The position numbers were made by a program, and so were the translations under genes. The notes under the pieces were generated by a model. The model did not search any database, was not told the origin of the DNA, and was given only the letters and a program-made list of their open reading frames with translations. Below are positions 19,423-28,712 of a DNA stretch of 64,000 nt, in pieces. The stretch's first letter is position 1. Each line of letters starts with the position of its first letter. Location: the NCBI GenBank assembly GCA_044226015.1, contig JBGAHS010000005.1, positions 448,001 through 512,000 on the forward strand. The letters run 5' to 3'. This stretch comes from Candidatus Obscuribacteraceae bacterium. GTDB lineage: Bacteria; Cyanobacteriota; Vampirovibrionia; Obscuribacterales; Obscuribacteraceae.

Positions 19423-19775
19423 CGATTACCTGTGATGGTCCAAGACCAAAAGACGAAGTCGTCACTTCGCAAGGAATATTAAACCACAGTGCGACCTTCT
19501 ACACCGGCTTTTCGAGCGCCTGTATCGATTTGTCATGTCTAAGCCACTTGAAGCTGTGGGCTTTTCGGCGCTCAAGAGGATAACGTCAAGTGTTAATCTG
19601 CCTCTTCCTTTAATAACAATTTAGCTTGCTTTTCAGGTTGTTTGTTTCGTTGATATCTATTAGCTCTCTAAAGTGTCCTCAGGTAAAGCGTTTTGGCATT
19701 AATGTCAGAAAAGATTGGCGCTCTATGAGAAAATGCCAGTGATTTGGTGACTACAACGCTGAGGGCGGTTTACAA

Positions 19776-21059
19776 GTGGCTCAGGGACAAAAGTCTCGTT
19801 CCAAAGATGGGTTGGTTCAAAATCCAGCTCAGGTCGGCAATGCGCTCGCCCATGTTCTCACGTCTGAGAATGGAAGAGAAATTGTCTTAGGGCAAGCCTG
19901 GCTTGCAGCACCAGGAAAGCTAATAACTTGTGGGCATGTCGTGGAAAGGTTTGTTGGGGCACCAGCGCATCTGTTCGTCAAGTTCCCTGCCTCTGGCAAT
20001 CGCTATCAGGTGTCCAGGGTGATGCTTCACCCAAGTTTTGTGCGACAACCAGACCAGCTTGTGAAGTTTGACGTGGCAATGATGGAAGTTGCGCTGCAGC
20101 ACCCTGAATCGAGCGCAACTCCGCTGCCGTTTTCGTACGAGCAGGCCTTCACTACCAATCAGACATTATGGGCTGTTAGATATGCTGCGCATCTGGGACA
20201 TTTGAGTGCCGCCCCTCAGCCTCTAACGCAAGATGGTCGCTATCTTGGACCACTTCGAATTCACGACACTTTTCACCTTTTGCATGATTTGCCGCTCGCC
20301 CCGGGCGACTCAGGTTCGCCAATTTCAGATGGAAACAGCATTGTTGCCATCCACTGTGGAGACACAGCGACACTGCCTGGGCTAAATTTGCCAACAACCT
20401 CCATTCGGCTTGCACTCTGGGTCGATGCGCTGAGAGAGCTGGGAATAAATGAAACTGTTCGTGGTGGCAGCGCTCAGCAAGGCAGCAATCCTCTGCCGCA
20501 TGCCATTCTCTCTTTCGTGCTGGCTGCAGCAATAGCCGCCGCTGCCGGCTGGTTCTATTTTTCCTCGCAAGCTAAGCAAGCCTGGGCATTCGATAACCCA
20601 GGGCTGATGCCCGTTAAGGTATCGTTCAATGAATCGATTGAGCAATATGAGTTAAATCAGGATATCGTCATAACGATAACGCCATACTCAAATTGCTACC
20701 TTTTCGCGGTCTCTATCGACAAGGATGGTAATGTATGCGCGCTCTATCCACAGGCAGGTCAGGACAGCAGTGTTTTGCAGAAGGGCGAACAGCGAATAAT
20801 CAACCAGTTTGGAAGAACGAAATTGGCTGCAAACCCGAGTAAGGACATGATGTACATCATTTCCGTGGATGGTGATAGTCCAGGTGGGGCTGATATTGCC
20901 AAGCAAGTTCTCTCAAGTAAGGATTGGCCGCCCAAAGCGGAAGAGGGGCAGCCCTTGTTAATCAAAGGCAAGGAGTTCTTGGACAGAATAAAGGCGCTGC
21001 GTGAGCAGCATCCGGCAGATATTCAGTATTATGGGTTTATAGGACCGCACTCAAAATAG
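19776..21059 (+). CDS. Trypsin-like serine protease - TM helix - DUF4384 fusion
   Basis: Catalytic triad motifs 'ITCGHVV', 'FDVAMM', 'PGDSGSP'; TM 'AILSFVLAAAIAAAAGWFYF'; C-terminal 'CYLFAVSIDKDGNVCALYP' is DUF4384-like. No signal peptide. Confidence 0.8.
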   Translation: MAQGQKSRSKDGLVQNPAQVGNALAHVLTSENGREIVLGQAWLAAPGKLITCGHVVERFVGAPAHLFVKFPASGNRYQVSRVMLHPSFVRQPDQLVKFDVAMMEVALQHPESSATPLPFSYEQAFTTNQTLWAVRYAAHLGHLSAAPQPLTQDGRYLGPLRIHDTFHLLHDLPLAPGDSGSPISDGNSIVAIHCGDTATLPGLNLPTTSIRLALWVDALRELGINETVRGGSAQQGSNPLPHAILSFVLAAAIAAAAGWFYFSSQAKQAWAFDNPGLMPVKVSFNESIEQYELNQDIVITITPYSNCYLFAVSIDKDGNVCALYPQAGQDSSVLQKGEQRIINQFGRTKLAANPSKDMMYIISVDGDSPGGADIAKQVLSSKDWPPKAEEGQPLLIKGKEFLDRIKALREQHPADIQYYGFIGPHSK

Positions 21060-21184
21060 TTCAGGGAAAAGCAACTTTTTTTGTCGCAACCCCCTAATTT
21101 AAACTGTAATAACGTCTAACTGATGTGCGATAGGAATAAACTGGATTTATGGCTACGCGCAAGACAACTGACAGAGGACCAAAA

Positions 21185-22144
21185 ATGAGACTACGTAACT
21201 TAGTAATGGGCGGTTTGGCATTCAGCCTTGCTTTGCTGCCACAAATGGTACTTGCTGATGAAAAGCCTGCTAATGCAAAGGCTGAGAAGAAAGAAGCTAG
21301 CAAGGAAACTCCGGCTCCAATTAATGAGCTTGATCAAAATCGAAGAGGACGCGGATTTAATTTTGCTCCGATCGTTCCCACCCACGCTGTAGCTGCCCCC
21401 GTCACACACGCTGCTCCGGTTTCGCCGGTAAAAGCGCCAGTGAAGGCTGCTGCGACCTCCAAGCCAACACAAGTTGCTGTTGTGCGGCATCAAATCATCA
21501 AAGCTGTGCCAAAGCAGGTCAAACATGATGTGACTTTGACCGCGAAGCATACCGCCACTCCGACAGTGGTCGAACCAAAGCACAGCCAGAGTGCTGTTCT
21601 CGTCAACTTCAAGCAAGAGGACGGTCCAGTCATCTCTGCCAAGCTCGACAAGGAAGGCACCAGCCCCAAATATAAAGTTGGCGACAAGATGGTTGTTAAT
21701 GTAAGGGCAAATCAAGACTGCAACGTTGTTGTATTCAACTATGATTCCGCTGGAACATTGACCCAGATCTTCCCTAACGACTATCAGCAAAATGGATTCG
21801 TCAAAGCCGGTGATTCAATAGAGATTGGTGGCAGTGATAGCCCCTTCGATTATCAAATCTCGGGCAAGGGCGGACCAGAAAAGGTATTCGTTTATGCCTA
21901 CCCGACGAGTGATAAGGCAGCACCTATAACTCAACTAACCGCAATGGCTCCAATTTCTGGAACTCCTTTCCGAGGAACGGAAATGACCATCGATAAATAT
22001 CGTGATTTGGTCAATAATTCTAAAGTGTTCTTCGCACGTTCTGTGCAAGTAATGCCCAAGAAAGGTGCTCAGTTGGTTAGCCAGGCTCAACCCGCATCTT
22101 CTCCAAACAAGGTAGAGCTTACCTTCTCGGTTGACGCAAAGTAG
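21185..22144 (+). CDS. Secreted DUF4384 domain protein
   Basis: Signal peptide from ATG 21185 (AGAGGA RBS upstream); 'YKVGDKMVVNVRANQDCNVVVFNYDSAGTLTQIFPN...GPEKVFVYA'. Confidence 0.85.
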   Translation: MRLRNLVMGGLAFSLALLPQMVLADEKPANAKAEKKEASKETPAPINELDQNRRGRGFNFAPIVPTHAVAAPVTHAAPVSPVKAPVKAAATSKPTQVAVVRHQIIKAVPKQVKHDVTLTAKHTATPTVVEPKHSQSAVLVNFKQEDGPVISAKLDKEGTSPKYKVGDKMVVNVRANQDCNVVVFNYDSAGTLTQIFPNDYQQNGFVKAGDSIEIGGSDSPFDYQISGKGGPEKVFVYAYPTSDKAAPITQLTAMAPISGTPFRGTEMTIDKYRDLVNNSKVFFARSVQVMPKKGAQLVSQAQPASSPNKVELTFSVDAK

Positions 22145-22167
22145 AGCGATAGCAAGTCAGTTGTTGG

Positions 22168-22201
22168 AAGACCCCGGGCGTCTCACCGGGGTCTTTCTTT
22201 T
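22168..22201 (+). terminator. Rho-independent terminator
   Basis: AAGACCCCGG/CCGGGGTCTT stem followed by TCTTTT. Confidence 0.8.
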
Positions 22202-22211
22202 GCGTCTGCAC

Positions 22212-23240
22212 CTAATGTGGTGGCAGATTAGAACCAAATCTGACGTGTGATTCGCATAATTCTACTTGATCGTTTATGTTCAATAAATCCGAATTCAAAA
22301 GGTCTACAGAATCCTGTCCAAAGCTTCGTAGCTCATTGTTCTTTGAACTAAGCAAAGAGAGTAAGTCTCGGCTGTCCCAATCATCAAGCTTTGCTGTTGT
22401 GAGATTTCTTGCTTGTTGCAACTCGTGTTGACCTGGCGCAGTTTCCAGGTCTGCAAGTTTTACCTGCTTGGAAAAGGTGCTTGAGTTTACTTTTGCCTCT
22501 TTCATGGTTTGAATGTCGCGGAGAAACTCAATCAAATCTCTAGTTGATTGATGGGCAGTAGTGGTCTGTTCGGGTTTGCAGAACTTAGCTTCAGCCAAGC
22601 TATTTTGGGTCGAAGCTGGCACACGGTGAAGCGATTTTATGCCACTGCCAGCTCCTGCCCTGAACGCCAAAATTCCTACAGGCAAGTTTCCGGCAAAGTT
22701 TCCAATGCTATATCCAAGGTCGTGACCTGCAGCTCGAAGTTCAGTCGGTGTTTTTGCGGTGTTACTCTCTTTGAAAATCCTAAGTCCAGTATTTACTAAT
22801 GGTGCAGTGAAAATGGCTCCAAGAGCTAAAGCGGCAACTTTTCCAAAGGGTCCGGATTGAGCCAGATATCTTGACGCAAAACCGAGCGTCGCACCTATTG
22901 CGGCGTTCTCCACGATAACAGGAACTGGGATTGAAACTCTCTTACCACAGGTTCTCTCGGAGAGTGGAAGAGCAAGTTGGTCCACTCCTACAAGAGCCTG
23001 TCCTAATCCCGCCGGTATTGCCTCAGCACATGCACCAGCAATTATTGTTGAACGGTCTTTCGTTGATGACTCAGTCTTCTCTTTCTGTTTATTAGATTGG
23101 CTCGGAGTGCGCCATGAATAAGAATACGATTCGACAAATTCTTTTTGCAGGGAATTTGTCATCTCAACATGTTGGTTTGATGTGCAACTGAATCTGTCAA
23201 AAGACGACATTATAAAACTCCAGCTTGATAGGGCAAACAT
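22212..23240 (-). CDS. Hypothetical protein with Gly/Ala-rich hydrophobic helices
   Basis: 342-aa ORF with glycine-zipper-like segments. Start uncertain. Confidence 0.6.
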   Translation of the reverse strand: MFALSSWSFIMSSFDRFSCTSNQHVEMTNSLQKEFVESYSYSWRTPSQSNKQKEKTESSTKDRSTIIAGACAEAIPAGLGQALVGVDQLALPLSERTCGKRVSIPVPVIVENAAIGATLGFASRYLAQSGPFGKVAALALGAIFTAPLVNTGLRIFKESNTAKTPTELRAAGHDLGYSIGNFAGNLPVGILAFRAGAGSGIKSLHRVPASTQNSLAEAKFCKPEQTTTAHQSTRDLIEFLRDIQTMKEAKVNSSTFSKQVKLADLETAPGQHELQQARNLTTAKLDDWDSRDLLSLLSSKNNELRSFGQDSVDLLNSDLLNINDQVELCESHVRFGSNLPPH

Positions 23241-23281
23241 AATCTTGAATTTTGAAATTCACTTGAAAAAGTCTCGCTGAT

Positions 23282-23563
23282 TTGTGCACAGAAAAATCAA
23301 ATAGCACAAACCACGTAGATAACGCAGCAAGTGCAGATCTATCTGCTTCGCTGTGGTCAGCTTCCGAAGCTGGAATAGCACAAGCCAAGTTTGTAGACCA
23401 TCCAAAAGAAGGCTACTATGTGGACAATGGTGTCAGGGCCGATTACGACAAGCGAACGGGAATTCCCTATCGAATCGAGAATGGAAATGGTACTTGTACC
23501 TTTTCATATCCGGGTGGTGGAGGTGAGTACTTTGCGCCTTGCAAGAGCCGGAAGCACAAGTAG
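23282..23563 (+). CDS. Small hypothetical protein
   Basis: 93-aa ORF filling the gap and followed by a hairpin terminator. Start uncertain. Confidence 0.5.
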   Translation: MCTEKSNSTNHVDNAASADLSASLWSASEAGIAQAKFVDHPKEGYYVDNGVRADYDKRTGIPYRIENGNGTCTFSYPGGGGEYFAPCKSRKHK

Positions 23564-23584
23564 ATTAGATCGGTATTCTAACTA

Positions 23585-23619
23585 AAAATATGCTCTGGAA
23601 GTGAGTCAGAGCATATTTT
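23585..23619. terminator. Bidirectional terminator between convergent genes
   Basis: Inverted repeat AAAATATGCTCTG/CAGAGCATATTTT. Confidence 0.65.
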
Positions 23620-23621
23620 CG

Positions 23622-24194
23622 TTAGTTGATTCTGATTGGTTTTCCTGAAATCTCGTAAAGATGCAAGTAGTAAAAAGCAACGATTACGAGAGCATGGGTG
23701 ATTTGACCTGATTGAATCAATTCAGGAATTTGCTCGATTGGTGTTAGGCGAATCTCAATGTATTCGTTTCTGTCGAACTTTGGCTCGATGATTCGTTTAA
23801 CGCCACGAGCAAGAAATGTGTCGCAGTAATTACTCTGGATGGCTGGGTTTGGATGATTTCTTCCAATGTGAATCAGCTCAGAACCTTCGTATCCGGTTTC
23901 TTCAAGAAGTTCTCGTGCCCCAGCGTGCATTGGCGAGGGATCGTCGAAGTCAACCATACCGCCAGGAATTTCGAGCGTGAGCTGTCCTGTTCCGTGCCTG
24001 AACTGTTCAACCAGCACAACTTCGTTATTTTCGGTAATAGGTAACACATTAACCCAGTGTGATGGGTGCAGAACGTAAAAGTGATGCGTGCGCTCTTCCC
24101 CTGCAGGTGACGCAAGGGTTCTGTTTACGGAAAAAACTCGACAATCGGCAATTTTTTCTGATGAAATTGTTTGCCAGTTAAAACGCGCCGGCAT
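23622..24194 (-). CDS. NUDIX hydrolase (ADP-ribose pyrophosphatase-like)
   Basis: Nudix box 'GGMVD.......GARELLEETGY'; 'LVEQFRHG....TLEIPGG'. Confidence 0.92.
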   Translation of the reverse strand: MPARFNWQTISSEKIADCRVFSVNRTLASPAGEERTHHFYVLHPSHWVNVLPITENNEVVLVEQFRHGTGQLTLEIPGGMVDFDDPSPMHAGARELLEETGYEGSELIHIGRNHPNPAIQSNYCDTFLARGVKRIIEPKFDRNEYIEIRLTPIEQIPELIQSGQITHALVIVAFYYLHLYEISGKPIRIN

Positions 24195-24402
24195 AATCCC
24201 TCAAATCTGGCATGGCCAGACTTCTAGTATAAGGCCGTTTGAGCCTATTATGCCTAAGTTACAATCTAAAGTTCTGATTAATGATGCGTAGTCGATCCTT
24301 GAATAGCTCTTCCAGTAATACTTTGCCAGGTTCAGGGTTTTCCCTCTAATACTGGAATCTGGTCTTTTGCATAATTGAATTTAGATTCTGGAGTTTGCGT
24401 AA

Positions 24403-25521
24403 ATGAATAAATGTCGACTCGGCGTGGCGCTGTCCGCGACGATAACTCTTTGTATTTCACTTTCGGTTTCCGCCCAAAATGAGAAGTGGCCAGGAGGGTT
24501 TCCGGGTTCAAAGATGGCAATTGAAACGCCTCTCAAACGAATTATTTCTGGTACTCCAGGTACGTATAATTCGAATATGCGCTCCAAATATGGTGCGGGT
24601 TCACTCACCTCTAATACAGTTTCTTCGAAATTCGGACGAAGCGTCAAAACAGGTTATGTCGCATGGCACAATGATATACAGACGGCTCTCGAAGCATCCA
24701 GGAAGTCTGCAAAACCTCTCCTCGTTTTTCAGATGTTGGGCCGATTAGATCAGGAATTCTGTTGAACGAATGCAAGAATGGCGAGAACCGTGTTGTTCTC
24801 TAATAAAGAACTGGCAAAATACATCAATGAAAATTTCGAACCAGTCTGGCAATCAGTCAGAGAAGTTCCTATCGTAAATATCGACTTTGGCAATGGCAAT
24901 ACTGTAAAAAGAACCATTAATGGGAACGTTGCTACGTTCGTCTGCAAGAGCAATGGTGAGGTTCTTGATGTTCTGCCCGGGCTATACAGTCCGGATTCGT
25001 TCGAAAGCAGGTTAGAACAATTGTCTCTATTAAACAAATACATAGAGCAGTTTCCTACAAAAAACGAGGGAGATCTGCTCGCTGGCTATCACCATATGCA
25101 GTACCAGAGGCTCTTGGCTGGAAAAACAACTACAGAGTTTGCAATGAAAAACAAAGCTGACGGAAATTCCCTTATCGTCTTTACCGACAGAACATCATCA
25201 GAGCTTAAGCGATGGCAAGAACCGATCAGTTCCAAGGAGTCTTATCGAACACTTCCGTTCTCAGATAAGTTGGAAGATTGGTCACAGTTGAATGACGACG
25301 TACGTTATAACGAGACAGTTATGCGAAAGCAAATACATAATCGTTTGGAACAAATGCAGAAAGTGAAAGAGCCAGCAACGGTAGCAGGACTGAGCAAATG
25401 GATTTACCGCGAAGTGCTTCACACCGACATTGATGACCCCTACCTTGGTCTGCAAACGGTACTCGACGGAACCTATCCTTTTGAGAAAATGAATCGGGTC
25501 AAACCGCTTGGTGGCACCTAA
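24403..25521 (+). CDS. Putative selenoprotein (SELENON/SelN-like thioredoxin fold, Cys-Sec motif), 372 aa via read-through of TGA 24763-24765
   Basis: ORFs 24403..24765 and 24778..25521 share a frame and are separated only by TGA: ...GRLDQEFC-U-TNARMARTVLF.... No Shine-Dalgarno before ATG 24778. Hairpin downstream. N-terminal signal peptide. Confidence 0.82.
24783..24800 (+). promoter_or_regulatory. Candidate bacterial SECIS element
   Basis: GAGAAC-CGTGTT-GTTCTC: 6-bp stem; the loop starts 23 nt after the UGA and has G-U at loop positions 2-3. Confidence 0.65.
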
Positions 25522-25535
25522 CTTTTGATGCTGTT

Positions 25536-27830
25536 TTATGCCTGTTCTATTGTTGAGTTCCGATGTCGTTCGATTATTGCATCCTTCTGCTTTTCGACAG
25601 ACAAACCTGTTTTCAATCCGAGAACGAACCATCCCAGTGCTAAAATTCCAATTGCGAAAATGGTGTCGCCGATAACTCGAAGCCATCTCAGAATGTTCAT
25701 CAGATCTGTCTGCAAAAACTCTGCTGAGCGCGCATACCACATGCCGTGTTCGGCGCTTGCCCACGTTTGCAAAAGTCCTACGGGAAGCAAGCTAAGTAGC
25801 ACCATAAGCGAGAGTCCAATATTTATTGACCAGAATGAATAAGCTAACATTTTTGTTTTCCAAACATTCCTGCTTGCCAGACCCTTCAGGCAAAAAAGCA
25901 TTAGACCAATTCCAAGCATGCCATAAACACCAAAAAGCGCTGTGTGTCCATGTACAGCAGTAGTGTTCAAACCTTGCATGTAATAGAGAGCAATAGGGGC
26001 ATTGATCAAAAATCCGAACAAGCCTGCGCCGACAAAATTCCAGAATGCAACAGCAACGAAAAAATAAATCGGCCATTTGTAAGCAGCTACCCAATCTCTG
26101 GCATGACTTAGTGTTAGATTCTCATACCCTTCGAATCCTATTAATACCAGTGGTACTACTTCAAGCGCGCTAAAAGAAGCACCCAGAGCTATTATAGCCA
26201 TCGGGGTTCCTGTGAAATAAAGATGATGGAAAGTACCGATGATGCCTCCTGTCAGGAAAATTATGGTAGAGAATAGAACACTCGATGTTGCTGTACTAAT
26301 CGGTAATATCTTCATTCGCGTGAAAAGAAAAGCAATTACTACAGTCGCAAATACTTCGAAAAAACCTTCAACCCATAAATGCACTACCCACCAGCGCCAG
26401 TATTCTGCTATTGCCAGATTTGTCTGCCTTCCCCACATCAGTCCAGCGCAGTAGAACACCGCAATAGCGAGTGACGAAATAAGAAAAAGACCTAAGAGGT
26501 GGCGATTCTCAGAAGGCGTTTTTATTGCTGGCATGAGTGCCCGGCACATTAAAGTCAACCAGAGGAAAAGCCCTACCGCCAGGAATATTTGCCAGAATCT
26601 TCCAAGATCAACATATTCATATCCCTGGTGCCCTAGCCAGAAGTTCATTTCTAGACCCAGGCGTTGTTGCACAGCTAGCCACTGTCCGGTCATTGAACCT
26701 ATAACAATGATAAGTAAGCAGGCGAATAGAAAGTTCACTCCTGCACGTTGAAACTTTGGCTCGCTTCCAGAAACAGCTGGGGCTATGAACAATCCCGTAG
26801 CCAACCATGTGGTGGCAATCCAAAAAATACCCAGTTGTGTGTGCCAGGTGCGGGTGACTGCATAAGGTAGCCAGTTCGCCAGGGGGATTCCATAAAATCC
26901 TGCACCTTCAACACCATAATGAGCTGTGATGGCGCCTAATCCGACCTGTGCAACCAAAAGCGCTCCTGCAGTCCAAAAATATTTCAGCGTAGCTTTCATT
27001 GATGGAGTCGGTTCAAGCGCCAGCAAGGGGTCTTTCTCAGGGACTTCATTCTCCGCTGCTATGTTATGTCGCTGAGCTGCGAAGTACCATGAAAGCGTGC
27101 CAACACCGGCAAGTAGCAGTACAAAGCTAAGCACCGACCAGACGATGATCTCTCCTGTAGGTTGATTGCCTACGAGTTCTTCAGGTGGCCAATTGTTTGT
27201 GTAAGTCACCAATTTTGATGGACGATTGGTACAACAAGCCCAAGATGTCCAGAAAAAGAAGGCATTGAGTTTTTTCATGCGAGCATCATCTTTGATTGCA
27301 TTAGCTGGAATTGCGTATGCATTTCGCAATTTTTCAAGCTCTGGGGCGTTCCCAAATAACTTCGTGTAATGGGTAAAAACATTTTTGATAGCTTCAGCAC
27401 GACGACTGGAAACGGTTAACACCCTTGATTGAAGATCGAGATTATTCGTGCGTAGCTCGTTCTTAACTCGGGTCTTTATTAGTGCTTGTTGCTCATTGTT
27501 TATTTTGGCAAAGCCGTTAGAAAATTCTGCTTGAGACCAGTCGTTTGCCAACCATTCTGCTTCGCGATGCAGGAAATCAGCCGACCAATCAGGTGCAACA
27601 TATGCTCCGTGTCCCCAAATGGATCCGACTTCTTGTCCACCCATCGATTGCCAGATGTTCTGTCCATCTTTGATGTCTTCTGCTGTAAATAGCAGGCTGC
27701 CATCATCTACTTTAACGAGATTGGGAATCGGCGGAGATTGAGCATAAATTTCGACGCCGTAGTATCCAAGCACGGCGAATGACAACACAATAACTATAAT
27801 GAGACCGGTCCAGAGTTTCTTGTAGCTCAC
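25536..27830 (-). CDS. norB: Quinol-dependent nitric oxide reductase (qNOR)
   Basis: 'GSIWGHGAYVAPDW', 'RTWHTQL', 'WWVVHLWVEGFFEVF', 'GTFHHLYF', 'VHGHTALFGVYG'. Likely GTG start at 27830 with GGAGA RBS (764 aa). Confidence 0.96.
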   Translation of the reverse strand: MSYKKLWTGLIIVIVLSFAVLGYYGVEIYAQSPPIPNLVKVDDGSLLFTAEDIKDGQNIWQSMGGQEVGSIWGHGAYVAPDWSADFLHREAEWLANDWSQAEFSNGFAKINNEQQALIKTRVKNELRTNNLDLQSRVLTVSSRRAEAIKNVFTHYTKLFGNAPELEKLRNAYAIPANAIKDDARMKKLNAFFFWTSWACCTNRPSKLVTYTNNWPPEELVGNQPTGEIIVWSVLSFVLLLAGVGTLSWYFAAQRHNIAAENEVPEKDPLLALEPTPSMKATLKYFWTAGALLVAQVGLGAITAHYGVEGAGFYGIPLANWLPYAVTRTWHTQLGIFWIATTWLATGLFIAPAVSGSEPKFQRAGVNFLFACLLIIVIGSMTGQWLAVQQRLGLEMNFWLGHQGYEYVDLGRFWQIFLAVGLFLWLTLMCRALMPAIKTPSENRHLLGLFLISSLAIAVFYCAGLMWGRQTNLAIAEYWRWWVVHLWVEGFFEVFATVVIAFLFTRMKILPISTATSSVLFSTIIFLTGGIIGTFHHLYFTGTPMAIIALGASFSALEVVPLVLIGFEGYENLTLSHARDWVAAYKWPIYFFVAVAFWNFVGAGLFGFLINAPIALYYMQGLNTTAVHGHTALFGVYGMLGIGLMLFCLKGLASRNVWKTKMLAYSFWSINIGLSLMVLLSLLPVGLLQTWASAEHGMWYARSAEFLQTDLMNILRWLRVIGDTIFAIGILALGWFVLGLKTGLSVEKQKDAIIERHRNSTIEQA

Positions 27831-28009
27831 TTCTCTATCTCCACTAACGCGTTGGTTTGAATTAGCATCTGTAGCTATCTGTGGCAAGTGCAGTGGTCGT
27901 CGATGGCATTCAAGTTTCGCCATCATTAGCAATTTCCAATCTTTTAGCAGTCTGCTGCTTCCTGTTTGCGTATAGATGCATGTGTGGGACGCGTAGCGCA
28001 GATGAGGAT

Positions 28010-28711
28010 ATGATGGGCGAATCGCATGATGTTGAAGTGAAACCAGCAGACAGACTTGCAGAGGCGGGCATTGTCCTGGTTCAGCAAGCAGGAATGGCGC
28101 TGGTAAACGATGCCTATCAATTTCCCGTTGTGAGTTCAGGGAAAATTGTCCCTTCTGGTAACGACGGCACTCTCAGCGTGAAGGGTCCTTATGATGAATA
28201 CCTGAAAACGTTCATGAAGCAACGCGATGATGGTAAAACATATTTTGGGACGTGGACTCACACGGACATTCTTGATTCGCAAAAGCAAAAGAATTCTGTG
28301 AAAGACGAAGTGAATGGTGGCGATTTTACGGTTATCTTGGTAAATAATAGGCTCGGCAGCCACACCGACTTCAAAGACGCGAATGGTGACACTCTCTTTC
28401 AAATGGATGGTCAGACTCAATTGACGCCGAAAGATGGTGTTATAAGAGACTCTATCAATGTTCTCTCGGACAATGCCGGAAACTATATGGGAGAAGTACA
28501 TCTGGTTGCGAAGCCAGTTGCTGGAAATGTACTGGATGTGACGGCGCAGTACAGATATCACGATACATATCTTGGCGATGTTGAGTTAGTTATGACTCTT
28601 GATCCGAAAACGAATTACACTTCTGCTGATATTCAAATTGCAAAAAAATGGAATCCACCACCGCCACCACCACCAGTGGCACCTGCTACTGCAACCACTC
28701 CAGCAAAGTAG
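28010..28711 (+). CDS. Hypothetical protein (beta-rich, Pro-rich C-terminus)
   Basis: ATG 28010/28013 after GAGGA; no recognisable family. Confidence 0.6.
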   Translation: MMGESHDVEVKPADRLAEAGIVLVQQAGMALVNDAYQFPVVSSGKIVPSGNDGTLSVKGPYDEYLKTFMKQRDDGKTYFGTWTHTDILDSQKQKNSVKDEVNGGDFTVILVNNRLGSHTDFKDANGDTLFQMDGQTQLTPKDGVIRDSINVLSDNAGNYMGEVHLVAKPVAGNVLDVTAQYRYHDTYLGDVELVMTLDPKTNYTSADIQIAKKWNPPPPPPPVAPATATTPAK

Positions 28712-28712
28712 A

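Noticed and set aside
25536..27830. Possible NO dismutase (Nod) instead of qNOR
   Set aside because: Canonical HLWVEGFFE, HHLY and RTWH motifs are intact, as in ordinary qNOR.
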